Assembly: GCA_051747685.1 (NCBI GenBank) | Contig: JBNJGM010000001.1 | Location: forward strand, 11,888 to 75,887 | Origin: Thermodesulfobacteriota bacterium | GTDB lineage: Bacteria; Desulfobacterota; Desulfovibrionia; Desulfovibrionales; Desulfohalobiaceae | Length of the DNA: 64,000 nucleotides | Direction of reading: 5' to 3' | Shown: positions 61,722 to 64,000 of the stretch, piece by piece | How positions within the stretch are numbered: position 1 is the stretch's first letter | Layout of the letters: the number at the start of each line of letters is the position of its first letter | Made by a program: the position numbers and the translations under genes | Notes under the pieces: model-generated | What the model saw: only the letters and a program-made list of their open reading frames with translations | Told to the model about the DNA's origin: nothing | Database searches by the model: none

Positions 61722-64000
61722 ATGGAGGAATATAGCCCCCAGCATATTGAAACCGCTTGGCAGCGCATATGGTCTGAAAATCAGGAATTCGACACCGCTA
61801 TCGAGGAGACGAAGCCCAAATATTACGTGCTGGAGATGTTTCCTTACCCCTCTGGACGCATCCACATGGGCCATGTCCGCGTGTACACCATCGGTGACGT
61901 CATCGCCCGTTTCAAGCGGTTACGCGGATTCAACGTTTTCCATCCCATGGGGTGGGATGCCTTTGGTTTGCCCGCTGAGAATGCCGCCATCCAAAACGGC
62001 ACCCATCCGGCGCAATGGACCTATGCCAATATCAAAGAGATGCGCCAACAACTGCAGCGTCTCGGATATTCGCTGGAGTGGCAACGGGAATTGGCGACCT
62101 GCCATCCCGGCTATTACCAATGGGAACAACTTTTTTTCCTTAAACTCTACGAAAAAGGACTCATTTACCGCAAAAAGGCGCCGGTGAATTGGTGCCCCGG
62201 GTGCAATACAGTCCTGGCCAACGAACAGGTTGAGGAAGGAATGTGCTGGCGGTGCGACAGCCATGTCGAGCACAAGGAACTCGCCCAATGGTTTGTGCGC
62301 ATTACCGCTTACGCCGAAGAATTGCTGACGGATCTGGATACATTGGAAGGGACATGGCCCGAGCGGGTCATTGCCATGCAGCGCAATTGGATCGGTAAAA
62401 GCTACGGCTCGGAAATCGACTTCCAGCTCGAAGGGCTCGACACCTCCATTCGGGTCTTCACTACCCGGCCCGATACCATCTACGGGGCCACCTTCATGAG
62501 CTTGGCTCCAGAGCATCCCCTTGTGGAGACGTGTATCGCGCGCGCCGAAAATCCTGAAACTGTGCGGGCCTTTGTGGATCGAATCCGCAACCAGGAACGC
62601 AATGTGCGCTCCATTGAAGAGCAGGAAAAAGAAGGCCTCTTCACCGGCTCTTATTGTCTCAATCCGGTCACCGGTGAGCGCATGCCTATATATATCGCCA
62701 ATTTCGTGCTCATGGAGTACGGTACCGGCGCGGTCATGGCCGTCCCCGCCCACGACCAGCGCGACCTCGAATTCGCCCGGAAATTCGATTTGCCCATCCG
62801 CGTGGTTATCCAACCCGACCAGGAAACCTCCCTAGACGCGGATACACTCCAACAGGCCTATACCGACCCCGGTATTTTGGCGCACTCCGGCCCCTTCACC
62901 GGCCAAGACAACGAAACAGCCAAAAAGGCGATTACCGAGTATTTACAGGACCAAGGCATGGGGACCAAGACCGTGCAGTACCGTTTGCGGGACTGGAATA
63001 TCTCCCGCCAGCGCTACTGGGGCGCCCCAATCCCCATGGTCTATTGCGAGGACTGCGGGGTCCAACCCGTGCCGGCCTCAGATTTGCCTGTTGAACTCCC
63101 CCTCGACGTCCAGAACCGCGCCGACGGCCGCTCCCCATTACCGGACAGCGAAACCTTCGTGCGCACCAACTGCCCGAAATGTGGCGCAGCAGCGCAGCGC
63201 GAAACCGACACTATGGATACCTTTGTCGAGTCCAGCTGGTACTTTGCCCGCTATACCACACCCAGACTCGATACGGCCCCGTTTGACAAAGCGGCTTTGA
63301 AATATTGGTTGCCCGTGGACCAGTATATCGGCGGGATTGAACACGCCATTTTGCATCTGCTCTACGCCCGGTTTTTTACCAAGGCCTTGCGCGACCTCGG
63401 GTACCTGGAATTAAATGAGCCTTTCCAGCACCTTTTGACCCAGGGCATGGTACTTAAAGACGGCGCGAAGATGTCGAAATCCAAGGGCAATATCGTGGAT
63501 CCCAACGATATGTTAGAAACATACGGAGCGGATACCACCCGGCTGTTCACCTTGTTTGCCGCCCCCCCTGAACGGGACCTGGACTGGAACGACAAAGCTG
63601 TGGAGGGCGCCTACCGCTTTTTAGCCCGCTTGTGGCGCATGGGTCTGGAATTGGCCGCCCATGTTCCCGCGCTTCCCGCGTGTGCCCCGCCCCCCTCCGG
63701 GGAGATATCCAAAACAGCCGCCGCCTTGCGCCGCAAAGAACACGCCACGGTCCAGAAGGTCACCGCGGACATGGAAAAAAAATTCCAGTTCAACACCGCC
63801 ATTGCCGCAGTTATGGAACTGGTCAACGAGATGTCCTCGGCCCGGGAAACGCTTCTGGCCTCTGAGCCCGATCGTCATGTATTGGGTTCAGCCCTGGCGA
63901 CGACCCTTACCCTGCTCGCCCCGATGACCCCGCATATCTGTGAAGAATTGTGGGGGCGCCTAGGACATGAGACACCTGTGGGGCGTACAGACTGGCCAAC
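61722..64000 (+). CDS. leuS: leucine--tRNA ligase (3' end beyond window)
   Basis: Translated by hand: [53 protein letters not shown] and KMSKSKGN. Not in the ORF track because there is no stop in the window. Confidence 0.96.
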   Translation, partial: MEEYSPQHIETAWQRIWSENQEFDTAIEETKPKYYVLEMFPYPSGRIHMGHVRVYTIGDVIARFKRLRGFNVFHPMGWDAFGLPAENAAIQNGTHPAQWTYANIKEMRQQLQRLGYSLEWQRELATCHPGYYQWEQLFFLKLYEKGLIYRKKAPVNWCPGCNTVLANEQVEEGMCWRCDSHVEHKELAQWFVRITAYAEELLTDLDTLEGTWPERVIAMQRNWIGKSYGSEIDFQLEGLDTSIRVFTTRPDTIYGATFMSLAPEHPLVETCIARAENPETVRAFVDRIRNQERNVRSIEEQEKEGLFTGSYCLNPVTGERMPIYIANFVLMEYGTGAVMAVPAHDQRDLEFARKFDLPIRVVIQPDQETSLDADTLQQAYTDPGILAHSGPFTGQDNETAKKAITEYLQDQGMGTKTVQYRLRDWNISRQRYWGAPIPMVYCEDCGVQPVPASDLPVELPLDVQNRADGRSPLPDSETFVRTNCPKCGAAAQRETDTMDTFVESSWYFARYTTPRLDTAPFDKAALKYWLPVDQYIGGIEHAILHLLYARFFTKALRDLGYLELNEPFQHLLTQGMVLKDGAKMSKSKGNIVDPNDMLETYGADTTRLFTLFAAPPERDLDWNDKAVEGAYRFLARLWRMGLELAAHVPALPACAPPPSGEISKTAAALRRKEHATVQKVTADMEKKFQFNTAIAAVMELVNEMSSARETLLASEPDRHVLGSALATTLTLLAPMTPHICEELWGRLGHETPVGRTDWP

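Overview
This 64-kb window is mostly core chromosome of a Desulfovibrionales-type sulfate reducer. Gene order and protein sequences resemble Desulfohalobium; that assignment is an inference, not a search result. From left to right it carries: a ThiS-like sulfur carrier plus a TtuA-type thiotransferase; the CYTH-clpS-clpA-aat N-degron operon; hisD; nadCAB; a three-gene split glutamate synthase; yhdT-panF; cysE, glnS and cysK; rnc, aroK and ychF; an anti-sigma/STAS pair; dnaE-queD-dtd; the korDABC-surE-fba-gap block; yhaM-tmk; a glutaredoxin, a ferredoxin:thioredoxin-reductase-like subunit and an NfuA-like protein; gltX; rpmB; and the yceD-rpmF-plsX-fabH-fabG-acpP-fabF-glyA-rib-nusB-leuS run (leuS is cut by the window edge and is absent from the ORF track). 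I found no rRNA, tRNA, CRISPR array, IS or prophage. The one clearly foreign piece is at 12676-12991: a solitary integron-type gene cassette with an attC-like hairpin. It is inserted at a secondary GTTAG site overlapping the nadB stop codon and carries an internally deleted four-helix-bundle gene flanked by inverted ATCGNN repeats. Next to it is a densely hairpinned ~200-nt candidate sRNA (13080-13280). All product calls come from motif recognition by eye; no database searches were run.
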